Source: Syntrophaceae bacterium UBA6087 (GTDB lineage: Bacteria; Desulfobacterota; Desulfomonilia; UBA1062). From it: 64,000 nucleotides of DNA. Location: assembly GCA_002448235.1 (NCBI GenBank), contig DIXF01000002.1:249706-313705 (forward strand), read 5' to 3'. The notes beneath the pieces were generated by a model. The model saw nothing but the letters and a program-made list of their open reading frames with translations. It ran no database searches and was not told the origin of the DNA. Positions within the stretch are counted from its first letter, which is position 1. Each line of letters begins with the position of its first letter. This document shows, piece after piece, positions 51,019 through 60,811 of this stretch. A program made the position numbers and the translations under genes.

Positions 51019-52401
51019 ATGACGGATGAAAATATGCCCGGAATCCAGGGAGAGCTGGTTTATTCCTGCATCGGGTGCGGGAATACCTACGATATTTACG
51101 ACTTCGTCTATACCTGCCCGGCATGCGGGGCTCTTCTGAAGATTGAAAACCTCAGGTTCGACGAGTACAAGAAGATCCCGCCTGCGAAATGGAAAGAGAT
51201 CTTTGACTCAAGGAAGAACACCACGCTGCCCGAGCTTTCCGGCGTCTTCCGTTTCCACGAACTGATCCTGCCCATCGTGCCTTTAAAGGATATCATCTAT
51301 CTGGGAGAGGGACAGACCCCGATTGTGAGGGCGAATCCCGAGCTGAGCGAGTGGGTCGGAGCCCCTTTCCTTATAAAGAATGACGGGCTCAATCCGTCGG
51401 CCAGCTTCAAGGACAGGGGCATGGCCTCTGCCATCAGCTTCCTGAATCATGCCATACGGGAGAAAAATCTGGACAATGTGCTCGGCATCTGCGCATCCAC
51501 CGGGGATACGTCCGCGGCCGCTGCCCTGTACTTAAGCTACCTTCCCAAGTCCAAAGTCAGGGCCGTCGTTCTTCTTCCCAAGGGGAAGGTCACCCCTGCC
51601 CAGCTTTCCCAGCCTCTGGGGTCGGGCGCCGTGGTCATCGAGATGCCGGGGGTATTCGATGACTGTATGCGCATTGTGGAAGAGCTGGCCCAGAACTACC
51701 ACGTATTTCTCCTTAATTCCAAGAACCCGGTACGGATATTGGGTCAGAAGTCATATGCTTATGAGGTTGCCCAGCAGCTCAGCTGGGACACCGACGGCCT
51801 TGTGGTCGTCGTGCCCATCGGCAATGCCGGAAACATTACCGCCATCATGGAAGGGTTCATCGATCTCTTCGAACTCGGCGTCATTACCGTTCTTCCTACG
51901 ATTCTCGGGGTTCAGAGCCACCATGCCGACCCCATCTCCCGCTGGCGTGCCTCCGGCGTTTATACGCCCCTGAAGGTTACGCCGTCGGTTGCCCAGGCCG
52001 CCATGATCGGCGACCCGGTCTCCTTCCCCAAGGTTAAAAAACTTGTGGAGACCCATTTTAACAGCAGGTTCCATGTCGTATCCGTAAGTGAGACGGAGAT
52101 CATGGAGGGGATGCTCACGGCAAACCGACACGGCCATGTGGTATGCACCCAGGGCGGTGAATCGGTTGCAGGGCTGAAAAAGGCCCTTAAGGAAGGTATC
52201 GTGCCTTCGGCAAGCCGTTTTGTCCTTGATTCCACCTCGCATCAGCTAAAATTCGCTCTGTTCCAGCAGATGTATTTTGAAGATACCTTTGATTCCGAGT
52301 ACGGGGTCCTTACCAAGGAGTGCTTGAAGAGCAAGCCCGTGTCGCTCGATGCGGATGCGCAGAACATAGCCCGGTACCTCGGACTGGAAAAGAAGGGTTA
52401 G
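51019..52401 (+). CDS. thrC: Threonine synthase with an N-terminal zinc ribbon
   Basis: PLP-Lys motif SFKDRGMA. N-terminal CIGCGNTYD...CPACG. Confidence 0.85.
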   Translation: MTDENMPGIQGELVYSCIGCGNTYDIYDFVYTCPACGALLKIENLRFDEYKKIPPAKWKEIFDSRKNTTLPELSGVFRFHELILPIVPLKDIIYLGEGQTPIVRANPELSEWVGAPFLIKNDGLNPSASFKDRGMASAISFLNHAIREKNLDNVLGICASTGDTSAAAALYLSYLPKSKVRAVVLLPKGKVTPAQLSQPLGSGAVVIEMPGVFDDCMRIVEELAQNYHVFLLNSKNPVRILGQKSYAYEVAQQLSWDTDGLVVVVPIGNAGNITAIMEGFIDLFELGVITVLPTILGVQSHHADPISRWRASGVYTPLKVTPSVAQAAMIGDPVSFPKVKKLVETHFNSRFHVVSVSETEIMEGMLTANRHGHVVCTQGGESVAGLKKALKEGIVPSASRFVLDSTSHQLKFALFQQMYFEDTFDSEYGVLTKECLKSKPVSLDADAQNIARYLGLEKKG

Positions 52402-52577
52402 GGCTGCATGACAGGCGTTTTCATCGTCAGGGGCAAGAACACGGCTGTTCGCATGGGGCTTCACCGGTGGAGCGATGATAAGAGTACAGTTTCATATTTC
52501 CTGATGTCAGAAGCGATGAACGATATCCGGGGATATAATCTCATATGAACTGAATAAAGAGTTAGGAGGAGCAACTC

Positions 52578-53747
52578 ATGTCAAACAGAAATTTTTTATT
52601 TTCGTCTGAATCCGTCACGGAAGGGCATCCTGACAAGGTAGCGGATAATATCTCCGATGCAATCCTTGACGAGATAATCGGGAACGATAAAAACGCTCAT
52701 GTAGCATGTGAGACCATGGTCACCACAGGACTTGCCATCGTTGCAGGCGAAATTACGACCACGCATTCCTTCGATGTCCAGAGGGTGGTACGGCAGACAA
52801 TTAAAGAGATCGGATACACCGAGGGTATCATGGGATTCAGCTGGAACACCTGCGGGGTCCTGGTATCTCTGGATAGACAGTCCCCGGACATAAACCAGGG
52901 AGTTCAGGAAGGCGAAGGTCTCTTCACTGAGCAGGGTGCCGGAGACCAGGGCATGATGTTCGGGTTTGCCTGCGACGAGACCGATGTGCTCATGCCTTCA
53001 GCTATCTACTATGCCCAGAGGCTCAGCAAAGGTCTTTCAGAGGTAAGGAAGAACGGTATCCTGGAGTTTTTGAGGCCCGACGGCAAATCCCAGGTAACCG
53101 TCCAGTACGAGGACGGTATGCCCAAGAGGGTGGATGCGGTCGTCGTCGCTGCGCAGCACGATGAAGACGTAAGCAACGCCGAAATTACCGAGGGCATCAT
53201 GGAAGAGGTCATCAAAAAGCAGATCCCCGCGCATATGCTCGACAGCAACACCAAATACTACATCAATGCCACCGGACGGTTCGTGCTTGGAGGTCCTCAT
53301 GCCGACTGCGGGCTCACCGGCCGGAAGATTATCGTAGATACCTACGGCGGATGGGCCAGCCACGGCGGCGGTGCCTTCTCCGGCAAAGACCCGTCCAAGG
53401 TTGATCGCTCGGCAGCTTATATGGCCCGCTATGTTGCAAAGAATATCGTGGCGGCGGGGCTTGCGAAGTGCTGCACCGTGCAGCTCGCATACGCGATCGG
53501 CGTGGCCGATCCGGTATCGGTAATGGTGAATACCCAGGGAACAGGCCGAATCGACGATGAAAAAATCTCCGCAATCGTGCGGGAGGTGTTTCCCTTGAAG
53601 CCAAAGGGGATCATCGAAAAGCTGGATCTCCTTCGTCCGATCTTCAAGAAGACAGCCGCATACGGCCATTTCGGAAGGACAGAGCCTGAATTCTCCTGGG
53701 AAAAGACCGACATGGTCGAGAAGCTCAAGGAAAAGGCAGGTGTATAA
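52578..53747 (+). CDS. metK: S-adenosylmethionine synthetase
   Basis: [23 protein letters not shown]-terminus. [19 protein letters not shown]. Confidence 0.95.
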   Translation: MSNRNFLFSSESVTEGHPDKVADNISDAILDEIIGNDKNAHVACETMVTTGLAIVAGEITTTHSFDVQRVVRQTIKEIGYTEGIMGFSWNTCGVLVSLDRQSPDINQGVQEGEGLFTEQGAGDQGMMFGFACDETDVLMPSAIYYAQRLSKGLSEVRKNGILEFLRPDGKSQVTVQYEDGMPKRVDAVVVAAQHDEDVSNAEITEGIMEEVIKKQIPAHMLDSNTKYYINATGRFVLGGPHADCGLTGRKIIVDTYGGWASHGGGAFSGKDPSKVDRSAAYMARYVAKNIVAAGLAKCCTVQLAYAIGVADPVSVMVNTQGTGRIDDEKISAIVREVFPLKPKGIIEKLDLLRPIFKKTAAYGHFGRTEPEFSWEKTDMVEKLKEKAGV

Positions 53748-55195
53748 TGGCGGAAAATGTAAAAACGTTGGCGACCTCCCGGCTGCCTGACTATTCAGGT
53801 TTGGCGTGCAAAGTCGCAGACATTGCTCTGAAAGACTTCGGCAGGAAAGAAATAGAGATCGCCGAACAGGAAATGCCCGGTCTGATGTCGGTCAGGCGGA
53901 AGTATTCAGCCGCAAAGCCTCTTGCCGGGGCACGCATCACCGGGTCTCTGCACATGACCATTCAGACGGCAGTCCTTATCGAGACGCTCAAAGATCTCGG
54001 CGCTGACGTGAGATGGGCATCGTGCAATATATTTTCCACCCAGGACCACGCCGCCTCGGCCGTCGCCGCCACAGGCACCCCGGTATTTGCGTGGAAGGGC
54101 GAGACCTTAGAGGAATACTGGGCGTGCACCCTTGAAGCGATAACCTTCCCCGGGGGCAAAGGTCCCAATCTCATTGTCGATGACGGCGGTGACGCAACGC
54201 TCATGATACACCGGGGATACCGGAGCGAGGAAAACCCGGCGCTTTTGGACGAACCTACGACAAACAAGGAGCTCGCGATCATCAATGCCGTTCTGAAAAA
54301 CAAGCTGACACAGGATCCTACGTTCTGGCACCGGATGGTCAAAGAGATAAAAGGCGTATCGGAAGAAACCACGACCGGCGTGCACCGTCTCTACCAGATG
54401 TTCGAAAACAAGACGCTTCTCTTCCCGGCGATCAACGTCAACGACTCGGTTACCAAGAGCAAGTTCGACAATCTCTACGGCTGCAGGGAGTCGCTTGCGG
54501 ACGGCATCAAGCGTGCCACCGACGTGATGGTGGCGGGCAAGGTGGTCTGCGTGTGCGGATACGGAGATGTCGGCAAGGGCAGCGCACAGTCAATGCGCGG
54601 ATTCGGCGCGCGTGTCCTTGTCACGGAGGTTGATCCCATCTGTGCTCTGCAGGCAGCGATGGAAGGCTATAAGGTCACCACGGTAGAGGATGCTCTGAGC
54701 GAAGCCAATATCTTTGTGACGTCTACGGGCAACTGCCATGTCATCCGCATCGAGCATATGGAAAAGATGCTCGATCAGTCGATACTCTGCAACATCGGGC
54801 ACTTTGATCATGAGATCGAGGTAGACAAGCTCCAGAGTTACCCGGGCATCGTGCATACGAATATCAAACCCCAGGTGGACAAGTATACCTTCCCGGACGG
54901 ACACTCCATTTACCTTCTCGCAGAAGGCAGGCTGGTGAATCTCGGCTGTGCGACCGGCCATCCGTCGTTCGTCATGTCGAACTCGTTCACCAACCAGACC
55001 CTGGCCCAGCTCGATCTGTGGCAGAACCCGCGTGAGGTCAGTGTGAGAACGCTGTCCAAGGCACTCGACGAAGAGGTGGCGCGTCTTCACCTTGAAAAGC
55101 TTGGAGTCAAGCTGACCACTCTTACCGAGGAGCAGGCGGATTATATCGGCGTTTCCGTGAACGGACCGTTCAAGCCGGAGCATTACCGGTACTGA
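53747..55195 (+). CDS. ahcY: Adenosylhomocysteinase (S-adenosyl-L-homocysteine hydrolase)
   Basis: [16 protein letters not shown] site GYGDVGKG. 1-nt TAATG overlap with metK. Confidence 0.95.
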   Translation: MAENVKTLATSRLPDYSGLACKVADIALKDFGRKEIEIAEQEMPGLMSVRRKYSAAKPLAGARITGSLHMTIQTAVLIETLKDLGADVRWASCNIFSTQDHAASAVAATGTPVFAWKGETLEEYWACTLEAITFPGGKGPNLIVDDGGDATLMIHRGYRSEENPALLDEPTTNKELAIINAVLKNKLTQDPTFWHRMVKEIKGVSEETTTGVHRLYQMFENKTLLFPAINVNDSVTKSKFDNLYGCRESLADGIKRATDVMVAGKVVCVCGYGDVGKGSAQSMRGFGARVLVTEVDPICALQAAMEGYKVTTVEDALSEANIFVTSTGNCHVIRIEHMEKMLDQSILCNIGHFDHEIEVDKLQSYPGIVHTNIKPQVDKYTFPDGHSIYLLAEGRLVNLGCATGHPSFVMSNSFTNQTLAQLDLWQNPREVSVRTLSKALDEEVARLHLEKLGVKLTTLTEEQADYIGVSVNGPFKPEHYRY

Positions 55196-55220
55196 TCTGA
55201 AGCGATCAGCAGAAATGAAA

Positions 55221-55262
55221 AGACCGGCCTTTCCGGGAAACCGGAGGCCGGTCTTTTTTTTT
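55221..55262. terminator. Bidirectional intrinsic terminator (stem AGACCGGCC/GGCCGGTCT with flanking A and T runs)
   Basis: Read directly. It lies between the convergent ahcY and hydrolase genes. Confidence 0.7.
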
Positions 55263-55280
55263 GACGAAGCTCGATCCGGA

Positions 55281-56117
55281 TCAGACTCGGGCGTCGAGCC
55301 AGGTGCGAAGGTCTGAGAGCACTTTTTCACGGTCGGTGGGCAGCTCGTTGTACACCTCGTGCTTGAGGCCTTCATAGCGTTTGAAGGTTTTATCCGCTGA
55401 TCCGATGGTTTCGAAGAGCTCCTTCTGGCCTGAGAATGCCGTATCGAGAGACCCGAATTGGACGAGCGCGGGCATCTTGATCTTTCCGGCATTGGAGGCG
55501 CCGATCAGGGTATATGTATTCATCTGCTCCGCCAGCCTCGGGGTGATCACGTTGAAGACGAGCGGGTCGTCGATATACGCCTTCACTACATCCTTGTCCC
55601 GTGAGATGAACTCGGGAGGCAAGGGGGATTTTATATGGATCTTCGGCAGAATCTTTGAGAGGATTTTGGAGAGCCCGATGAGCACCTTGCTTATATCCGG
55701 GCTGGGACCTGAGCCGGTGCCCGAGAGCACGACTCCTTTGAGTCCGTTGGGGAACTGCTCGACGAAGTTTAGTGCAATAAGGCTCCCCATGGAGTGACCG
55801 AGAATGAAATAGGGGACATCCGGCAACATCTTTCTGACCACCTCTTCACTGAACTGCTTTTCATCGTCGATGAACTCCTGGAAGCTGTTGACATGTCCGC
55901 GCCTTCCTTCGCTCCTGCCATGTCCGCGGTGATCTGTTCCGAATACGGCGTATCCGGCGGGAAGGAGCTCATCAATAACAAACTTGTAGCGCTCGATGTG
56001 TTCGGCGTAGCCGTGAATAACCTGGAGAACCGCCTTGGGCTTTCCTTCCGGAAGCCATGCCTTCCAGAATACCGAGAACCCGTCCCTTGTCTTTAACATC
56101 CCTTGTTCAACAGCCAT
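55281..56117 (-). CDS. Alpha/beta hydrolase (lysophospholipase / monoacylglycerol-lipase-like)
   Basis: GHSMGS nucleophile elbow. HGYAEH...HRGHGRSEG. AGGAGGA Shine-Dalgarno before the ATG at 56117. Confidence 0.8.
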   Translation of the reverse strand: MAVEQGMLKTRDGFSVFWKAWLPEGKPKAVLQVIHGYAEHIERYKFVIDELLPAGYAVFGTDHRGHGRSEGRRGHVNSFQEFIDDEKQFSEEVVRKMLPDVPYFILGHSMGSLIALNFVEQFPNGLKGVVLSGTGSGPSPDISKVLIGLSKILSKILPKIHIKSPLPPEFISRDKDVVKAYIDDPLVFNVITPRLAEQMNTYTLIGASNAGKIKMPALVQFGSLDTAFSGQKELFETIGSADKTFKRYEGLKHEVYNELPTDREKVLSDLRTWLDARV

Positions 56118-56250
56118 AGAAATCCTCCTGATCATTCGATAGCATTTGTAACGATTAAATAATGTCATAAAGAAAGAAACAGTACAACCGGGGATTTGCG
56201 GGATATGACACGGGAAACGACATAAGGCAAGCGATATACATGAAGATCTG

Positions 56251-56318
56251 TTGACAGACAACTTTATTATAGGTATAAGAATGAATGCTCATTCATAAAA
56301 CGAGTACAAGTCTGTCAA
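56251..56318 (+). promoter_or_regulatory. Sigma-70 promoter of the acyl-CoA dehydrogenase gene (TTGACA-17-TATAAG) with nested inverted repeats that look like operators
   Basis: -35 TTGACA at 56251-56256, 17-nt spacer, -10 TATAAG at 56274-56279. Palindrome ATGAATGctCATTCAT at 56281-56296. Outer inverted repeat TTGACAGAC (56251) / GTCTGTCAA (56310). Confidence 0.55.
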
Positions 56319-56342
56319 GACAATTAAAGTAAGGAGGATATT

Positions 56343-58163
56343 ATGGCAAGTCAATGGCTAGACATGAGGGATATGAGATTCCTGATCCATGAGGTCTTCA
56401 GGGTTGGGGATATTCTCGGGAAGGCGCCGTACCAGGACCATGATGCAGACATGATCAACATGGTGCTCGACGAGGCAGCCAAGCTCACGGAGAACGAGAT
56501 CGCTCCCACGTATCCCGACGAGGTGAACAGAAAACCTGTAGAGGCACGGTTCGAGAACGGCAAAGTCTATGCCCCTGAGTCATACAAGAGACTCTGGCAG
56601 CTTTACGCCGACGGCGGCTGGTTCGGCACATCCGATCCTTATGATGTCGGCGGCCAGGGCCTTCCCTTCATCGTCAGCGCAGCGGCTGCGAACATGTTCC
56701 TTTCAGGGAACCAGGCATTCCTCATGTATCCCGGTCTTACTCACGGTGCTGCCCGGTTGATCTATGACTTCTTCCAGCATCCATTGAGAGACACCATCCT
56801 CCAGAATATGTTCAACGGCACCTGGGCAGGCACCATGTGTCTGACCGAGCCGGGCGCCGGTTCCGACGTGGGCGCTCTGAAGACCACCGCCAAGAGAAAT
56901 CCTGACGGCTCATTCTCCATCACCGGCACCAAGTGCTTCATCTCCGCAGGCGACCATGACCTCGCAGAGAACATCATTCACCCGGTTCTTGCCAGGATCG
57001 AAGGCGACCCGAACGGAACGAAGGGCATCTCCATATTCGTGGTTCCCAAGTACAAAATCAACGAAGACGGATCAATGGGCGAGTTCAATGACGTGACCAC
57101 CGGCAACATAGAGAGCAAGATGGGTATCCACGGCAACTCCACCTGTACGCTCAATTTCGGTGAGAACGGCAAGTGCATCGGCTGGCTTATGGGCCAGGAG
57201 CGCGAAGGCATGCCGATCATGTTCCACATGATGAACGAAGAGCGCCAGGGCGTCGGCATGATGGGCGTCGGCCTCTCCACCGCCGCTTACCTCCATGCGC
57301 TGTCCTATGCAAAGGAAAGGCTCCAGGGCGTCAACATCATGGAGATGAAAAACCCCGATGCCAAGCAGGCACCGATCATTCAGCACCCCGATGTCAGAAG
57401 GATGCTGCTCAAGATGAAGTCCATGACCGACGGCATCAGGGCGCTGGCATTCTACTGCTACTTCGCAATGGACAAGAGAGCTGCGGCAGCTGACGACACC
57501 GAGAAGGACAAATGGCAGGGCGTCATCGAGGTCATCACCCCGATGGTGAAATCCTACTGCACAGACGCGGCCGATGATATCATCAAGATGGCCATCCAGA
57601 CCTACGGCGGCTACGGATTCTGCAGAGAGTATCCGGTCGAGCAGATGGCACGTGACAACAAGATCAACACGATTTATGAAGGCACCAACGGCATCCAGGC
57701 TCTGGACCTCCTCGGACGCAAGCTCGGCATGAAGAAGGGTTTGTACTTCATGACGCTCTTGGGCGAGACCCAGGCCGAGATCGCAAAGGGCAAGAACAGC
57801 GAGAACATGAAGGAAGAGGCAGCCATTGTGGAGAAGGCACTCAACAAGTGCGCAGAGACAGCTATGACCTTCAGCGCGCTCATCAAGACAAATCCCTTCA
57901 TCCCGCTCATCGGCGCATACGACTACCTCAACTGCCTGTCAGAAGCCTTGGTCGGCTGGTTCCACATATGGATGGCCAACGTTGCCACCGAAGCACTTAA
58001 GACGGCAACCCTGGATCAGGATAAGGCATTCTACACCGGAAAGATCGAAGGCGCGAAGTTCTACATCAACCGCACCACCGCCCTCGTTCCTGCAAAGTGC
58101 GAGAACCTCGTAAAAGACGAGATCAGCGCTGTCAGGATTCCCGACGCGGCCTTTGCAGTCTAA
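56343..58163 (+). CDS. Acyl-CoA dehydrogenase (long, about 600 aa, FadE/AidB-like)
   Basis: ACAD N/M/C domains (GTWAGTMCLTEPGAGSD; YEGTNGIQALDLLGR). AAGGAGGA Shine-Dalgarno. Confidence 0.85.
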   Translation: MASQWLDMRDMRFLIHEVFRVGDILGKAPYQDHDADMINMVLDEAAKLTENEIAPTYPDEVNRKPVEARFENGKVYAPESYKRLWQLYADGGWFGTSDPYDVGGQGLPFIVSAAAANMFLSGNQAFLMYPGLTHGAARLIYDFFQHPLRDTILQNMFNGTWAGTMCLTEPGAGSDVGALKTTAKRNPDGSFSITGTKCFISAGDHDLAENIIHPVLARIEGDPNGTKGISIFVVPKYKINEDGSMGEFNDVTTGNIESKMGIHGNSTCTLNFGENGKCIGWLMGQEREGMPIMFHMMNEERQGVGMMGVGLSTAAYLHALSYAKERLQGVNIMEMKNPDAKQAPIIQHPDVRRMLLKMKSMTDGIRALAFYCYFAMDKRAAAADDTEKDKWQGVIEVITPMVKSYCTDAADDIIKMAIQTYGGYGFCREYPVEQMARDNKINTIYEGTNGIQALDLLGRKLGMKKGLYFMTLLGETQAEIAKGKNSENMKEEAAIVEKALNKCAETAMTFSALIKTNPFIPLIGAYDYLNCLSEALVGWFHIWMANVATEALKTATLDQDKAFYTGKIEGAKFYINRTTALVPAKCENLVKDEISAVRIPDAAFAV

Positions 58164-58188
58164 GGATTATCGATCAGAAAACAAAAAA

Positions 58189-58217
58189 GGGAGGCTTTAT
58201 AAGCCTCCCTTTTTTTA
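58189..58217 (+). terminator. Rho-independent terminator (GGGAGGCTT tat AAGCCTCCC followed by T7)
   Basis: Read directly. Confidence 0.8.
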
Positions 58218-58323
58218 TCTCTCTTCCTGCCGGAAAAATCTCCCGTTCCTTCTCCCGTTGACTTCCTGCCGGAGCAGGTCATTCACAGGAGATCTTGTCC
58301 GCTTGTATCTATAAGAATCTTCT

Positions 58324-58794
58324 TTACCTCTCTCCCCTGTATGCATGCGCATATTTTTTCGTTGAGAGGGATGTCCCTGGATTATTCACTTCACCCGATT
58401 GTACGCGAGTGATAAACAGGGTGTGGTCGCCGGTTCGGACTGTCTGCTCAACGATACAGTCCAGATATCCAAGAGCCTGGCCGAGGACAGGATTCCCGCC
58501 GGGGGAGAGATTGAAATCCAAGCCGTCGAACTTCTTTCTCCAGTCAGGCATCTTGAAATTGTTTATGGAATCCAGGAAATCTTCTGGAAGGACATTGATG
58601 GTGAATTTTCCGGAGCTCGATATCTGGGAATGGGACAGACGGTTGTTTCTTATTGCCACTGCAACGAGAGCCGGTTCATGTGAGCATTGCGTCACCCAGG
58701 ATGCGATCATCCCGTTGTAGCTGTCACCGGCGGTAATTGTTATCAGATAAATACCGTAGTGGAAGGTATCGAGCACATCCTGCCATGCCTTTTC
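58324..58794 (-). CDS. Flavin reductase-like (FMN-binding split-barrel, HpaC/NADH:flavin oxidoreductase family)
   Basis: GIYLITI...GMIASWVTQCSHEPALVAVAI motif. GGAGGG Shine-Dalgarno before the internal ATG at 58794. Confidence 0.75.
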   Translation of the reverse strand, partial: EKAWQDVLDTFHYGIYLITITAGDSYNGMIASWVTQCSHEPALVAVAIRNNRLSHSQISSSGKFTINVLPEDFLDSINNFKMPDWRKKFDGLDFNLSPGGNPVLGQALGYLDCIVEQTVRTGDHTLFITRVQSGEVNNPGTSLSTKKYAHAYRGER

Positions 58795-59069
58795 CATTTT
58801 GCCCTCCATATACCAACATATAGGAAATACGGACTGGTAGGTAAAGGCCTTCATCACTTTATAAGGTATCAAAGCCAACCGGGCGCAAAGGAAGAGAAAA
58901 ATCGGTGAGCAGGGGAACGCATACATGCTCCCTGGAAGGGACAAGAGCCTCCTGCAAGTAACTCTTATTGTTGAAAATATAAAGGTTCATGCATGGAAAA
59001 CCGAAAGGTATCCTTGGGTGCAGCTATGCATTAATTATATCCTTTTGATTCGAAACAAAGGGGACACCA

Positions 59070-60707
59070 ATGAAAGAAAGCACGAAGATACTTTTTTTAC
59101 GGCCGATTCTGTTCCAGGAAATGATACCTTTTGTTGTGCTTGTACCTATCCTGGTTTTCTTTTTCAGATACATCTCTGAGTCGGTAATGCATAACTTCAT
59201 ACCTGTTGTCATAGTGGCTTCTGTTGCTGCTAACCTGGGCCTTTTCCTTGGGTGCATGACGAAGTATTATTTTGTGAGTCCTGCCATCAGAATATTGGAG
59301 AAAGTTTCCTGCACCCCTGAAGAGATTCAGCATGCAGTTCACCACGCCGCTTACCTTCCTTTAGCCGAGTCGATCGTGGTTTTTTTAAGATTCGCCTTTT
59401 TCGGAAACCTGATCGCGGCTACGCCCCTGTACCTCAAGGGCTATATACAATATTCGGAGTATTTGTTTGCCCTGAACTCCGTCACCATGATCGGGATGCT
59501 GGCGATACCCATATTTTATCTTGCTTCAGAAAACAGCCTTGTGCATTTTTTTATAAAATGCAATTTCAAAGGGATTTTTGATTCCGAGAAAGGTTTTTTC
59601 AGTATAAACATGAGCAGCAAGACACTTTTGACCATCTTGCTGATTGCTGTTCCCCCTATCGGTCTCCTTACCGGACTCATTTACCTGTCTCCGGCAACAG
59701 CTCTCAATCCGGCATCACTGCAGATGAGCTTTTTCATAATTCTCTTCGAAACAATACTCATCGCTGTCATCTGCGGATTTCTCCTTATGAAGAATTTTTC
59801 TCTTTCGGTAGGAAGGATGTCGATCATGTTCCAGGATATGGCAAAGGGCCAGGGAGATCTCACGAAGAGACTGCACGTCACCGGGTTGAATGAAATAGGA
59901 AAGCTTTCGTTCTGGTTCAATGAATTCATGAACGATATCGAAGAGATAATCGGTCACGTCATGGAAGCTTCATTTCAGCTCCACCAGACCATTGAAGATG
60001 TCAGCTCAGGATCGCAGGTACTTTCGCAGGCAACGCAGGAACAGGCCTCCTCGATAGAGGAAATATCCGCTTCAATAGAGGAGATGAATGCCACGGTACA
60101 GCACAATGGCGGACTCATTATCGAAGGACAGGAGTCATCGAATGCCATTACCAAGCTCATCGACCAGAGCAAGCAGCTTTTCAGCGAGCTTATGAAGGCA
60201 ATTGAAAGCATATCGATGGACTCGAAAAAGATCTGGGATATCGTATCCACCGTGAACGAAGTTGCCTTTCATACAAATCTGCTTGCGTTGAACGCCTCCG
60301 TTGAAGCAGCCCGGGCAGGAGAGCATGGAAAAGGATTTGCAGTGGTTGCCGGAGAAGTCAGGTCTCTGGCTCAGCGTTCTGCAGAAGCTGCTTCGGAAAT
60401 AAAAGTTCTCATTGAAAGTACGGTAGGCAGGATAAAGAATGGCGACGAGATGATGAAGAAGACGTCGGCCTCCCTTGAAGAGCTGATGTCCCGTATGGAA
60501 TTTTTCTTCAAGATGATGGATATTATCAGTACCTCCAGCACGGAGCAAAAGCAGAATATCAGCGAGCTCAACATGGCCATCGGACAGATAGACGGATCTA
60601 CCCAGCATAATGCAGCCACTGTAGAGGAACTGGCAGGCACCCTTGACAATCTTCGCACAGCAGCTTTCCTCCTCGCGGAAGATGTTCAGAAGTTTAAGAC
60701 ATCGTAA
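59070..60707 (+). CDS. Methyl-accepting chemotaxis protein with an N-terminal multi-TM (about 6 helices) sensor module, a HAMP domain and an MCP signalling domain
   Basis: Six hydrophobic helices in the first 230 aa. HAMP-like region. Conserved MCP signalling segment around ASIEEMNATVQHN. Confidence 0.85.
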   Translation: MKESTKILFLRPILFQEMIPFVVLVPILVFFFRYISESVMHNFIPVVIVASVAANLGLFLGCMTKYYFVSPAIRILEKVSCTPEEIQHAVHHAAYLPLAESIVVFLRFAFFGNLIAATPLYLKGYIQYSEYLFALNSVTMIGMLAIPIFYLASENSLVHFFIKCNFKGIFDSEKGFFSINMSSKTLLTILLIAVPPIGLLTGLIYLSPATALNPASLQMSFFIILFETILIAVICGFLLMKNFSLSVGRMSIMFQDMAKGQGDLTKRLHVTGLNEIGKLSFWFNEFMNDIEEIIGHVMEASFQLHQTIEDVSSGSQVLSQATQEQASSIEEISASIEEMNATVQHNGGLIIEGQESSNAITKLIDQSKQLFSELMKAIESISMDSKKIWDIVSTVNEVAFHTNLLALNASVEAARAGEHGKGFAVVAGEVRSLAQRSAEAASEIKVLIESTVGRIKNGDEMMKKTSASLEELMSRMEFFFKMMDIISTSSTEQKQNISELNMAIGQIDGSTQHNAATVEELAGTLDNLRTAAFLLAEDVQKFKTS

Positions 60708-60751
60708 GAATAGTTCTGCGGGAAAAAGGATACTTTAAACATAATACAAAT

Positions 60752-60778
60752 GGCCCCTCGTCCTGAAGGCGAGGGGCC
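60752..60778. terminator. Terminator hairpin GGCCCCTCG-tcctgaagg-CGAGGGGCC between convergent genes
   Basis: Read directly. T-rich on the minus-strand side. Confidence 0.55.
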
Positions 60779-60811
60779 ATGTCCTTTAAGTGATTGAAGA
60801 ATCCGTTTTGC

